Of a DNA stretch of 64,000 nucleotides, positions 38,137-51,786 are shown piece after piece (within the stretch, counting starts at the first letter, position 1; each line of letters begins with the position of its first letter). The DNA is from Camelus ferus (lineage: Eukaryota). The position numbers were made by a program, and so were the translations under genes. The notes under the pieces are model-generated. The model had not been told where the DNA came from. It worked only from the letters and a program-made list of their open reading frames with translations, and did not search any database. The stretch is from assembly GCF_009834535.1 (NCBI RefSeq), contig NC_045697.1, positions 92,568,001 to 92,632,000 of the forward strand, read 5' to 3'.

Positions 38137-41100
38137 CTTGTTAAAGACTTTATCGAAGATTGTAGCAATTTGTATTAATTGATAAGATATACCACAAAAC
38201 TAGTCCTTCTTTGTAAAACTATTGCATTATTTAGTGGACTCCATAGATTGTTAATCTGTCAACATTTACTTATTCATCTACTTAAGTAGTTGTAATATGT
38301 CAAACATTCTCTGATAAACTGTGTATGTATTGGTAAGCATTAGAGATAGAGAGTCTTTTAAGGAGAACTGAGCAACCATATTTTGATGAAAAGGATCACT
38401 CCCTTGCTTTCATTCTTTTTTTCACCAAAACACGGAGGTACAGTCTTCAATAACTGAACTAAAGTATTTTTATTTCAGTTGACTATCTTACAGATACCTT
38501 AAATTAAATTTTGACTGCAGATTGCATGACTTCTTTTCCCTTTGGAATTATTTGTCATAATAATTTCAAATTTAATTTTTCATATAACAATATAGACGAA
38601 CAAAAGGAGATCCCATTGATAGGGCTGCCAATATCCCTTGTCAAGTGTATTTAGTGAAATATATTGGGGGAGATGCTGCTCCAAACCAGGGCTAGTAGCT
38701 TGATGAGCAAATATGATTGAGGCTAGATTTTATACTCTACTCAATTCCTAACCTGGGACACTGTGCAAAATACAACCTTATAACCATATGCAGAGATTTG
38801 GCCCTCAATGTGATTTGTCCCTAATTGAAGCCTAACTAAAAATGCTGTTTGAATATGGCTTACTATTGATTTTATAAGAACTGCATTCTCTTTGGATTAA
38901 AAATGATGCTGATATCATAAAACTTCTTATTTTATTTAACTTTTAGACAAAACATTAGTTTTTTCCTTATGTGGTAAAACCATGATTATCCCTAAGCAAA
39001 GTTAACCATGTGTAACAACCCAGATCTTCTATAATCAGAGCCAGAGGCAAATTTTAAAGTATTAATGCTTTGGTGGTTGCAGTGCTATGATGTTGAGGGT
39101 GAGGAGAAAAGAAGAAAGGAAATACATGTAGCATTATGGTGCTATGACCTCATCTGCCTGGCTACTGCTTCAGTATGAGCTGCAAAAAGGCACAGAAGGC
39201 TGTTTCTCAGGCATGTTTGCTCAGCATATAAGCTGATCTGGAAACTTTGTAACCAGAAGATTACACCTAGCAGTATTCCACAGAGGGAAGATGAGGTGGG
39301 GGAGGTATACCAGCCCTGGTCCTCTCTGACCTCTCTTTTGCATTAGTCAGAGTACACCAGAGGAAGCTTGTGTTCCAGATTACAACCTCTTGCCCCTCAG
39401 AGGTTGGCCAAACACCACCCTGTGGTAGGAATTTCATGGAAGTCTAGAACTGGATAGATGCTTTTGTTTCATGTTTCACAGAAAGAAAAAGGAGGAGGTA
39501 AGTGATAGAGGGAATATGAGCATGTCCACAGTATGTGTGTCCAGTGAGCAGTCTTCCTATTTCCGTAGTACTTAATTCTGTGGCTGAAGGCTGCATGTGA
39601 TGGGTCTTAGTTATTAATACGCCTTTTTCTCACACTAGACTCCAGGATCCTTGAAAACTTACATGGTTCCTGTTGTCACCTTATCTGTGTTTAGCTTATT
39701 GCCTGAAACATAATAGGTACAGAGTAAATAATTGTTGAATTAATGGTTGGTAATATGAGGTAGAGAGCAAAGAAGTGGTTTAAGTAACAATGGACTCTAG
39801 CTATTGTGTTTAAGAATAGAAAAGGAGAAACCATGAATTCTTCATGCATTAGGGCAGACATTTGGTGCCAGTTTGTTTTTCACTCTTCAGAATATTTTTT
39901 CTCATCTGTTTTATTCAGCATAGATGCCAAAATAAGGAATGAAATTGTTGAAAGCCTATTTATCACCATTTGTGGAATTTGAATAGTGTTCTGGAGTGCC
40001 CTTGAAAGCAATGGAAGGATTCAGACTCTGTTCGGGGTCTCAGTTAGCTAGGCTAATATCAGTGTCCTCTAAGTAGAACTGTATAAATCATCTATTTGTG
40101 AAAAACCAACCAACCAACCAACATTCTGTATCTACCACAAGAAAATCATATAGTAGGTTCTCAGATGAACATAAAAATATAATACGTAGTATTCCTGTAT
40201 TCCTTAATAACTCTCTCTTCTACTTGTGGATTATCTATCCAAATTTTAGGAGTCTAAGAGCCAGTGGGTAGGACCCCTTTCAGAGCACTGGTTGAGTAAA
40301 GAAGACTGATTACGAGCAAGGAATTTAAAACTGTATGATTTATGACTAAACTCTGTGTCCTTCTACATCTTGTCAGCTCCACTTAATCTCAAACTTAACA
40401 TATTGGTTACTTGCAGCCAAACCTATTCCTAAGTTATATAAACCTCAATATAATTTGGAAGATAGAATTTCATAATTGGAGACAACTTCTTAAATTAAAC
40501 ATATTTAATTTTATTGAAAATAAAATACCACATTTTTCTTACTTTTCTAATATTGTCACAGGTAGATAAAAACTTCATCACTTTTCATACCACTCTTGAA
40601 CTTTGGAAATTACTAAATTAATCCAACCTTAGTATTTACTACTGAAGAGATAGTACCTGAAAGCTATGTGTGTGATGTATTAAAAAATAACCTAGCCAGT
40701 AAGCAATAATACTAGAATAGAATCCTGGCCTTCTAATACTTATTTTAGCATTTTATTGCAAACCAGAGAAAATTAATTATAATTTGAGGTAAGCTATAAA
40801 TCAATATGTACTTTCTTGCTGGTGTGTTTTTACTGTGTTTGTTACATGTGGTAGAACTATTTTGGACTCCTTCCCACTATATTATGTTTATCTGTTTTGT
40901 ATGACTGTGGGCCATTAGGATGCAGTAGTTCTGTTTACTCAACTATCCATTTTCCATTTTTAATTTTCATAGAATCAGTAAATAGAACTCAGAGTATCTG
41001 AAAGCCACGGATTACTGAAACATGTTCTGTCTCTTTGCTTGCTTGTCTGTATCAATCTAACAAACTCTGAAATAAACGTTCATACTTTGTTTCCCATCCT

Positions 41101-41254
41101 TGCTTTTGTACAGGACTTCCATACATGAAATGATCCTTTCAATGCATCTAAAGAAATAAGACTTTTTATGTATTCAGAAACTTGTCTGACAAGCATGACT
41201 TGCATACAGTATAATAACCAACACATATTAACTTCTTTTTTTCCCTCATATGTA

Positions 41255-41640
41255 GGAACAGGCAGATGTTATAAGCAACTCAAAGGAAAAAGTCAAAACA
41301 GCACAAATGTATGTGGAGTAAAGGAATGTTGAGATGAATTGCAAATAGGAACAAACCTAGTTTTTCCTTAGGGGGAAGAAAGTCAATTAAAATCTCTACC
41401 CAAGGGACAGGACAAAATTTACATATCTATCAAAGAAATTTATTTAAGTGAGTCAAATAGAGGGTAAAAGGTTTATTCAGCTGGTGTACACCTCTGAGCA
41501 CCTGAAGGCCCAGAGCTGCCCCCATGAAGCAGGGTCAGGGTTTAACAGCAAAGAAAAAGTTGAGTATTTGTCTTGTGGTTTTGGTTTAAGCAGCAGTTTT
41601 TGATTCTAGCTGAAACTTACAGTTGAAAGTCAGTCCTGCT
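41255..41640 (-). mobile_element. Possible LTR relic
   Basis: GC step-up with minus-strand AATAAA signals (tttatt near 41440 and 41472); family not recognised. Confidence 0.3.
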
Positions 41641-42810
41641 CTCATGCCCTTTACTTGGGATCATTGGTATAATACTGAAAACCATCAAAACAGTATTTTC
41701 TGGAAACTGCATTTTTGGTCCTGAGAGGATTATCAGCCAAAAGTTCACAGGGTGGGAGAGGCAGATCACAACAAAGAAAGAAAAAGTGGCAGTGGTAGAA
41801 GGCAAGGAGGAAGCTGGGAATTCTCTAGGGTGTGTCTATTTTCATCCTTTTACAAATCTTGTATTTACTCGAATAAGGTCCCCCTTTTATACAAGAAAGT
41901 TGAGGAAATTGACTGTTGATGACTTTGGCACCTTTGAGTCCCCCCTGCACTCCTTCTGGCGGTGTGAGGTGCAGCTGAGAATGCTTCTGGATGGTCTGCT
42001 CAGTCCTTTCTGTATGTAATTTGCCCACAGTAAACTTAATTGCTGCACTTTATGGAGTTGCCTGCTTTGTTTTTTGAAGGATATTTTCCTTCCAAGTTCA
42101 TAGGCTATTATTCAGTATCCCCAATGTCCAGCAACCCCTAACATTGAAAAATCCTCCCTTTTTTTAAGTACCCCAAGCTGCTCATGTGGGTTCTTGCAGA
42201 CATCCAAGGACTGCCAAATGTAGCTGAAGAAAGTTGCCTCTACTTTCCAAAATCCCAGCTTAATGAATACTTGAAAATCAGAAACTATCTCAGTTTCATT
42301 CTTTTACTTTGTAAAATGTAACTCTCCTTTCCCTCCTGAAACTTAAGTGGTGGCAGATGGGTTCCCCATCTCAATTTTATGAATAAACATCCTATTAAAA
42401 TTTTGTCTCAGATTTAGTTTTCCTTTGACAGAACATAAAGAAACTTTCTGTTGCCTGGCTGATGTGAGAATGTTTTATGAAGAGGCCTTCTTTTCTTGGA
42501 GTCTTTATGAAATGTCTGTTTTCTAACTGGTTTGTTATAAAAGATAAAGTATTTTGTAAAATGTTTGCTAGAAAAACTTCCACTTAATCCCCTTGTACTG
42601 TGAAGTAATAAGTTTACAAGGAAGTCTAATGATCAGTGAGCCGGTGAGGCAGACACATTCATGACATGAAAAGAAAATCAGTATCCGGTCAAGGACTGCT
42701 CTGTCTCACATGTTACATGGATGAAATTGTTGCACCAAGGAGGAGAAATTTCCCATGTTAACTTATAACCCAAACAGGATATGTCAAGATCTGTTATTGG
42801 AAATTGGAAG

Positions 42811-43003
42811 TGCTTCTGTGGACTTAAGTGAGGAAAAATTCTAATCTCTTTAGTATTCTTTTATAGGAAACAAACAAAAACCACTCACACATTATTAAAA
42901 AAAAACTGCTTCTGTGGACTTCAGTGAGGAAAAATTCTAATCTTTTTAGTATTCTTTTATAGGAAACAAACAAAAAACACTCACACATTATTAAAAAAAA
43001 AAC
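42811..43003. repeat. Head-to-tail tandem duplication of a ~96-bp unit
   Basis: Copy 1 at 42811-42906 and copy 2 at 42907-43003 differ by 3 substitutions and 1 A in the terminal A run. Confidence 0.95.
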
Positions 43004-44307
43004 TAGAAAATAGAACTTTAAGAGTTGGAAAAAAAGTTATTTAGACAAAAACTTTAAGTTTAAAAGTAGGATAAAATGACTTAATTGAATAATTCACATT
43101 TCATAAATCATGTTCAGCCAACTCTAAGATATTTCCCTTTAGACTCTTCTTGATTATTTTTCACATAATTTTAATTGTCAAATAATAGTTCCTAAATCAA
43201 CAGCTTAAATTTTAAAGTTAGTATCCTGTTATTTCCTAGTTTTATAGGTCTTTCAATGGTAAGTATCCATTTGATTATTTCAGACTTCATGATTCTTCTA
43301 ATACAAAAGAACTTCAGAATCGTTTCTGTTCCAGCAATGCATAAGTCATAGGAAAGCTTGCGGTAACTGAAATTGCATGATTTTCTTTTGCTACTCATTA
43401 GTCCATGGACAGTCTCACTTAATCCTTTAAAGAGAATTATGAATGTGTTATTGGCTTACATTTGTATGCTAATAACAACAAGCTATGAAATCAGAATTAG
43501 CATAAAATGCTTAATTAAAAGTAAATGTGACAGTAATGTGATAACTTAGAAGTTAAATTCAGATCATTTCTAATAGATGAAATGAGAACTAATTATCTGC
43601 TTTCTACCTAACAATTCTTAAATAGCAGTGTTGGCATTAGCAAAAGTCACAGGGTAGATGGTAAGACTCTACTAAATTTTGTAGAAGAAAATACTAAATT
43701 AATTACTCTATAAAACAATATTTGTGGATTTTTGTTTTCACATTTCTCTAAAGAGAAAGCTGGGTGAAAAGATTATTTTCAGGTGAATAAACCTGAACTT
43801 GACAACTGATTAAATTAAATGTCTGATTCAATTGATTTAAAATTCTAGATTATAGCACAAAAACATAATCTTCATTTAATTCAGATCTTTGTCCCCAAAA
43901 TGCTCAGAAAGTAAGAGAAAGATGCAAAAATCTTTTTATCTGGGTACCAGACTGGGAGATACAAGGTGATAGATTGTTGTCAGCAGAGTTTGAAATCACA
44001 TTTCTTTCTAATAATTGTGAAAATAAACAAGATAACTAAATCATTTTTACCATAATTTAGGAAAATTAGAGTAATTGTGTGCTCATACACATGTATTAAG
44101 TGTTCTTTGAACCTACTTACAAAACAGAAAATTGCATGCAAATTTCTAATAGAATAAAATGCTTTTAAGTCCAATAATTCAGAATTTGAACCAATTCAGT
44201 CAATATTTGGTTGAAATACATTTTTTTAGATTGTTGACATGGTTTTTTACCTTAAAGTATCTTCTTCAACTATTTTAGTTTTGCAAAAATCTGTAATAAC
44301 CTATAGG

Positions 44308-44342
<35 letters not shown>

Positions 44343-45744
44343 AATATTTTAAATCATTAAAGCAAATCTAACAATTTTTATTAGTTTATTCCAGTTACAA
44401 AGGCTGCATAATCATAAAAATAACAAAATCAAATTGAAACATTTAATGTTATATATTTACATTAATGCATTAGTGGTTTTTGATAGCACATTCCTCATGG
44501 GTAATGAATGTTACATAGCTGCATTTCTATTGCGATTCAGAAAGAAAAAAATATATTAAATACTAAGATAGTTGCATGTCTTACTCTGTCACTTTATGTA
44601 GATGTTCTGGTCAAATGCCATCTGCACAAAGAACCTGTCCTTGCCCAAAAGGCCACTGTGTCTGGAGCAGATTGCCAAAAGTGGAACAAGATACAAATAT
44701 AGAGATAGCTGGAGTTAGGTGTTGCAGGTTCTTATCATCACTTCAGTGACTTTTGGTTTTCCATTTGGTAAAATGAGCCATTGGAGGATTTAACCAATGG
44801 CTTCTTATCTTAACTCCAAGGGGGAAAAAACAAAATAAAAGATGTTATTGACATAAACTTTAATAGAATCATTCTAGCTGCCACATTGAGTAGGGTTATG
44901 GGTGAGCAAAAATGGAAGCAGGAGACCAGTTGGAGATGCTGATGATTGGAACAAACTGCTAACTTAATCTCCATTAATGTTCTGGTGGCATGAATAATTT
45001 ACCTCTAGAAATATTAACTACTTAATATAATACAGAGTGTTAGTTGGTGATGACTAAACCTCAAAATCCTCTCTTCAACACAGTATATTACAGACCCTTA
45101 TTTGTCAAGTATCTTGACCAAAATCTTTTATTTTAAATTGCTTCAATTAGATAAAAATAAAATCAATTTAAGTTGTGCATTTTGAGTATATAAGTATGTG
45201 TTGCTTTTCTTGTCCTTACATTTGGACTATCATGCTTTTGTTTGCTAACACTATTTTGGCTGGTAACAGTGATGTCTGTTATGTAAACAGATATAGACAG
45301 ATGCATATGCTGGTCTGATGTCATATGCCTGATGATGAATTGTGGATGGTGTCTATTTATTCATGATATTCCTGTCACTGACTTTTGTTATGTATACATT
45401 GAGCTCTCTGGACACATGGCCTTTCTTTTCTAAGCTCTAGGGGTAACACGTCTAAAATTCAAGACAACTGCCTTTTGAAGAACATCTTTTGTGATAACCT
45501 GCAAGGGCTAGATTGTCTTTCTTAAATTGTTTTAGAAAACTTTTCAATACAAACAACTTCCTTAGGTGATTTAAGCTGTTTACAAATTCAACTTTATAAG
45601 TTTATGTTCATCACATTAGAAAAAAGCAATTTTGAAAGAAAAGGAAAAAAAAAGATAAGAATTTGATATATTTTTTTAACCAACTGATTCTCCTTATCTT
45701 AAATTCATAATTCTACCAGAAACCATTCTTAGGTTACCAAACTA

Positions 45745-46298
45745 TTATGGTAGCCTCTAAGATGGCCCTCGGTGATTCCTGTGTCTTGGTATCCATGCCC
45801 TTGTATGTGGACTGGACCTAATGACTTACTTCTAACAAATAGAATACTGTGATACTGGTGGATTGCCACTGCAAGATTAGTTTACAAAGAGAATGTGGCT
45901 ACCTCTTGTGCTCTCTTGCCAATTCATTCTGAGGGAAGCCAGCCAACACATTGTGAACTGGCCTAAGTAGAGTCTCACATGGCAGGGAAGTAAAGGTGGC
46001 CTCCAGCCACCAGTAAGCAAGAAACTGCGTTTCACAGTTAAACAGCCCACAAGGAACTGGATCCTACTAACAACCATGTGAAATACTGGAAGCCCGTCTT
46101 CCTCTGGCTGAGTCTTCAGGTGGCTGCAGTCCCAGCCAACACATTGACTACAGCCTTGTGACTACACCAAGTTGCAGTACCCAGGTATGCTATGTCTAGA
46201 TTCCTGACCTACAGAAACAGTGTGATAATGCAAGTTTGTTGTTTTAAACTGCTAAGTGTTGAGGTAGATTTTTTTGCACAACATTTTATAACTAGTAC
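45745..46298 (+). mobile_element. MaLR solo LTR (MLT1E/F-like)
   Basis: gcctctaagatggccctcggtgattcc...gaactggatcctactaacaaccatgtga...gattcctgacctacagaaacagtgtgataat...ataactagtaca. Confidence 0.85.
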
Positions 46299-49200
46299 AC
46301 TCCCCAGTTTGTCATGGAATTTAACACATTTGAAATGTCTTCTTCATCTAAGATACACCTGCTAATAGCATGACATAGGGCTCCAATGATTGTCTAAACA
46401 TTAATTTCTTAAATTATTATTTTAAAAATGTCTTTTGAGCAGTCTCCAATTTCACCTACATATAAAAAGTTAAATAAACACAAATATAAAATTCTCCTGA
46501 ATATAATTATTACAGTGCCAGTATTAGGCAGGCCAGTCTTTTTAGAATAAAAAAATACAGCACCAGAGAATATAGTAAAATGTAGGGTACCTAGGGGCCA
46601 TTAGATATGATTATTTTATTACAGCTAGAGTGCATAGTAGCAGATTTTTTTTTGTAATTATACCATTATCTGGATACTATCTTGTCTCCTTTGTACAAAA
46701 ACCTTTTCTATACATTAAATATAATTGTTAATTTAAAATGGTACTAATTTCCACAGCAAAAGTTCAAAGATGTTTCCCTCTCTGTTTGCATGCTTTAATC
46801 AACCAAACACTTTCCTAAACGTGTGCCCCATGGGACATTAAACCTCCTTTTTATTGCCTGGTTGTGCGGTACCAGCATTTCTGAATTTGGTATTTGGCTA
46901 ATAGCTCTATTACCTTTCATGCTGAGTCCAAAGCATTACCTCCTTCAGTCTTTACTTTTGCCAACTGGAAAATTTTCTGTCATGTCAAGAAAACCCACTG
47001 AGCAATGTGCTTAGGGAATGGGCCCTCTCTTGCTGACTGACAGCTATTCAATAGAGAAAAGAGCCACAGAGAGATGCCGATACGTATTAAGCTCACTGAA
47101 GAGAATAAGCTTTGTATTTCAAAATGTCACTTTTCTTAGAGTTCAGTGGGAGTGAGTAGCTATAATAAGGTAATTTCTAGAGGGAACCATACTGTAGTTC
47201 ATTGTATAAATAATTGATTTGATCAGCTGAAATTATCGTGCCTGGTCCTGAATGACCTTTCAGATGAATTGCTAGGTTTTCACTACAAAAGCAGCTAGAG
47301 CTTATAGTAAGATATCAAAAAAAAATCCATATACAGTAGTTTCCTATAAAAAGAAAGGGTATTTACATGGCATTATTTCCTTAGAATAACTAAAATGTGA
47401 TCACTTGCTTCCCTGTGTACAAAGTAGAAACAGTGTATCTTGGGTTTTATTCTTATGTTCAAGGTCAAACACTTTTTAACAGTAAATTATTTCAGGCACG
47501 TCTTATGTATGAATGTTTTAAAGAAAATCTTAAAAAAGTAAGATAGAGGAACAAAAACGTAAATGAGATTACACCACAGGGAAATGATTCCCTTTCTCCA
47601 GATGAACACAGCATTATAATATCTTAAGAGAATAGTTTCTATTAGAAAATTAACAAACACACTTGAAATTCTGCACAGTGATAGACTTTAATATCTCACC
47701 ATGGTCTCATCTCTTACTTTCCTTATGTCCCAGACCTCATTATAATGAATCACTGATGTCTGTTCAAATTGACTGTATTCTCTTTCTGTTCAGAAATTTT
47801 ACACAATTAATCACATTATATCTTTCCCTCATATGCTCACCTAACATATTTGCTTATTTTAAATTATATAATAATACTGCTCATTGTTAAACATTATCCA
47901 AATAATACAGACATACAGATAATTTAAAAATTATCTGTCCCCAGTTCCCTTAATCCCTATTTCATTCTTCCACTCTTCATGCATAACCATAATCCATAGT
48001 TTATTGTGCATTTTCCCAGACCTTTTTGATACACACTTAAGTGTATATCTATTAATATTCATGTATATGTGTACATATATTCATATGAATATTTTCAATT
48101 ATACATATATTCATAGCTACCATTTTACATCCATTTTAACACAAAAGAGATCATTTTGTGCATATTTTTCAGTTAGCATTTATCACTTAAATACCTCTTA
48201 AACACATTTTTCTCATCTCATAATATAGTTTTTAAATTGGAAGTTACATATGCACCAAGTAAGCCTTCTTACAGTATAGAGTGCAAACATAAATTCTGTG
48301 CCATATGCCAGGAATTCCTCTTCCATAATTTTAAAATATTTCTACCTAATTCTTCCTAGTAGTTGCCTAATATTTTTTTGGTAGATACACTGATGTTGGT
48401 GATATTTTTTTCTGTTTTCCTATTTCCTATATGTGAGTTTTTCATTCATTTCTTTAAAAGTATTCTGTCTACATCCTGAAATACTAAGCATTCATAGTTA
48501 AAATTCAGCTGTAAAAGGTACACTTACAGAACTGAAATGACCTGACTCTAGTAAACAGAACTTGGATTTAGCTGTTGAATGATTGGGACTTCTTACCACA
48601 TGATTACAGTTCAGTCTAAGCCTATTTCCCACCATCTGATCACATAAAAGTTATAAATCTACTTTATTTGATGATACTCTGTTTGCTTACCCTTTGCAGC
48701 TCCAGCAGCTCCAAGGGTTACTGTGGTTGAGGGCACTAGTATTGGGAAATTATGGGTAAAATCAAGAATAAAATTAGTCAGTGTCAGAATTCCAGGAAGT
48801 TTCCATGGACATATCTTTGGCATTATCTGTGGAAAAATGCATGTTTGTTGTCAGTTCTTACATTCCTGGTCCAAGTTTTTAACTATATCTGGAAATGACT
48901 CTGCCATTTGTGTTTGAGAAAGGCAATGTATCTGCACAATTTCCCATGACTTACTAGTCCTCACTGCAGGGGAGTGCCGTGTAGCCAGGCACAACCTGAA
49001 TGTGAGCCCTTTCCTAAAATTTGCTTCTGTTTTAATGAGTTCTCTAAATTCTCCACAAATATGACCTGACCCTACTTAACTAAACAGCCACATGTTAAGT
49101 CATCATGCTGTACCCATTCAAGTGATCTAGCACTGATTCCAATGAACAAAGCACTTTTCTAGTTGTAGACCTTCAATAGGCTGCTGTTTGTTCAGAAGTC

Positions 49201-49512
49201 TACCCATTTGGCCAGTGCCATTTATTTGGCTAGATATGTTACATCTTTAGCCTCTAGTAACAAGGTCAAATCTGAGTCCATACCTCCAACCCCACTCCTC
49301 TCACCTCCTTAGCCAGCTTAAAAATATTTTTGCACACCATTTGTGTGACCTATTAAGCTCCATAAAGTAAGTGAAGAGTCATTATATAGACACTGACCCA
49401 GTGTCATTCATATTCTAGGAGATCCATAAATATTTGTAGAAAGAAGGAAATGAAAATTGAAAAGGGCAAATAAGAAAAGAAGAAAAATAACCAGCTATTA
49501 GAGCATATAATC

Positions 49513-50230
49513 ATGACAGTGAAAGAATGAATGTACAAATAGACAATGGCCAGATGATCTATGACAGTAGAACTCTTACCCAGAAACCCAAGAAGCCACA
49601 TCACAACCTCTGCAACAACATGCTCAGAACAATAAGGACTTAGTCAATAGCCGCCAGATTCCATATAAAAATATATATATTTGCTTAGACAATAGGAATT
49701 TTTTTCTCATAGTCCTGGAGGCTGGAAGTCCAAGATCAAGGTGTCAGCCCAGCTGGTTTCTTCTGAAGGCTGTGAGGAAAGGATCTGCTCCATGCCTCTC
49801 TCGGTGGCTTGTGGATGGATGTCTTCTCTTTATGTCTCTTCACATGGCATCTTCTCTCTGTGAGAATCACTGTGACTAAACTTCCTCTTTTTATAAGAAA
49901 TGTGAATTTGGGGTGGGGGACACAATTCAACCTGTAACAATTACCTTGCCAGTAACTTCTTCCTGCTGCTACTTCTACAAATTTCATTTTTTTTGTTACT
50001 ATTTTCAACTCAGAAATAAACAAAAAGCTAAGTGTACATTTTCCACTGACTTCTAATCCGAATATACATGAAGGCTTCTCTTATTTTTTCAGTCTGAAGC
50101 TTTCCCACTCCCTGCCTGCCTTTGAGTCTCTACCAAACTCAAGTGATAGTAGCTGACTCCCTGCTATACCAAGCACTGAAGAAATAGGCTCAGGTTTTTC
50201 TCATTTGATTGGCCTTGTTTTATTTCCATA
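49513..50230 (+). mobile_element. ERV1-type solo LTR (MER110-like, tentative), interrupted by an MLT1
   Basis: agaactcttacccagaaacccaagaagccacatcacaacctctgcaacaac ... gcctttgagtctctaccaaactcaagtgat...tttatttccata. Confidence 0.55.
49680..49939 (-). mobile_element. MaLR (MLT1B/C-like) LTR nested in the ERV1 LTR
   Basis: ctcatagtcctggaggctggaagtccaagatcaaggtgtcagc...tgggggacacaattcaacctgtaaca. Confidence 0.8.
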
Positions 50231-51134
50231 CCTATCAGTGTAACAAATAATTCTGTAAGAATATAAAGAATGGGAACATGACCTTCTTTGATACACCAGG
50301 TATCAGCCATGTATGTTGTGACCAGAATGATAAGTTAGCAGAAATTTCTTAAATTCCACTGAAGAATTCATGATGACTGGTTGGTAGTATGCAAATATTT
50401 GAGAAATTTTAATTCTTAATTTTGAAAAAATAATTTCATTAAATGGTAAAAAAACTTTCTTTCATTAATGCTTCTCTAGATTACTGGTTTAGTTGCAATG
50501 GTCAGAATCTAAATAATAAATAACTCCTATTATTTTAAAAGTTCTACTCAAAGATTATTATTACAGTATTCAGTAGCATGTATCATAAGCTGTTTAACTT
50601 AATAAATGCTTTTTATACAGGTATGCACATTATAAAGCAAATAAAGTTAACGCATCCCCAGTATAGCCAGTTGCTAATTTTATAAATTTATTCAACAAAT
50701 TTTTATACAAGAACGTTTTTTAGGAAATTCACACTAATAAGAAGATAAAATCTGCATGAGAAATGCATACATGATAAATTCTATTAATGGAGATATGAAC
50801 AGTCTGTACAACTTGAGGTAATAAACTACTTTCTGTTAGGACAATTAAGTAAGAAATTATGGATAATATGGCATTTAATCTGTTGTCTTAAAAGTAAGTA
50901 TTTTTAGGTTAGTTAGAGTCTGAGTGGAAGGAAGTAACAGAAAAGCATCAAACCAAAAAATTGAATCACAAAGATAGGAAATAGGTGCTCTAGAGAACTC
51001 TGAATAAGTGTGTGCAGAGTAGTTAAAAGGCAGTTTCACTAGAATATAGGTCTCATAAATGGAAAAGTGCAGATAAAAGCCTAGAAACATAGGTTAGATT
51101 CAGATTGTAAAGGTAAGCACTTATTATGAATTAT

Positions 51135-51321
51135 TGTAATGGACTGAGCAGGCAGATACTGCAGAGTGGGTCATTCAACTCTATTCCACCTCCATTGGAA
51201 CTTGTACTTCTTCAAGTTAAAGGTTATAAACCTAAAGGCTACCTTTCCCAGACTAGATTTTAGTTCATTTCCAGCCATGACCCAGCTTCCCCTAAGCAGA
51301 CACAGCTATGTACATTTGGAC
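51135..51321 (+). mobile_element. ERVL LTR33-like element, left part (target of the provirus)
   Basis: aacctaaaggctacctttcccagact...gacccagcttcccctaagcagacac; continues after 55581. Confidence 0.5.
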
Positions 51322-51687
51322 TGTTGTCGGTTCGCAACCTTGAGAGTACGGGGGCAGTTGGGGGGTGGATTTAAAGCTGTTCCTCCATACACGGAGGACA
51401 AGGGGAGACCCAAGAAACAGAAAACCAGATTCCAGGTTAGTAGGAGGCTATTTTAATGAGTCAGGGAACTTACATAGGAGGCTTGTCTTGGGAGGCTGGA
51501 AGAAGAGTAGATCTCCGCACGTGCCTGCCAGAATCTGAAGAGTTTATGTGGAGGCCTTAATTGGGGTTCCGTCGTGTATTCAGTCCTGATGGTCTCAACC
51601 CCACATTACTTTCCCAAGGCTGTGATTGTGCAGGTCTAGCTCGTGGGTCAACCTGCAGTCACGTCCTCTTGATGACCGCCTTCAAAG
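51322..51687 (-). repeat. 3' LTR of the provirus
   Basis: Aligns with 55137-55581 (shared ccttgagagt, ttccag, aacttac..gaggct..tcttggg, ccagaatc..agagttta, cacattact, gtcacgt..tgacc.ccttcaa); minus-strand ATTAAA at 51452-51457. Confidence 0.85.
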
Positions 51688-51698
51688 CTCCACCCCTT
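51688..51698 (-). other. Polypurine tract
   Basis: AAGGGGTGGAG on the minus strand immediately 5' of the 3' LTR. Confidence 0.85.
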
Positions 51699-51786
51699 AT
51701 GACTAGCGCTTATTTTCTATGGTTCCTCTCTTTCACGACATGCCCTGAGCAGGGTCAGTAAGGGGTTTCACTAGCACGAAGGTGGC

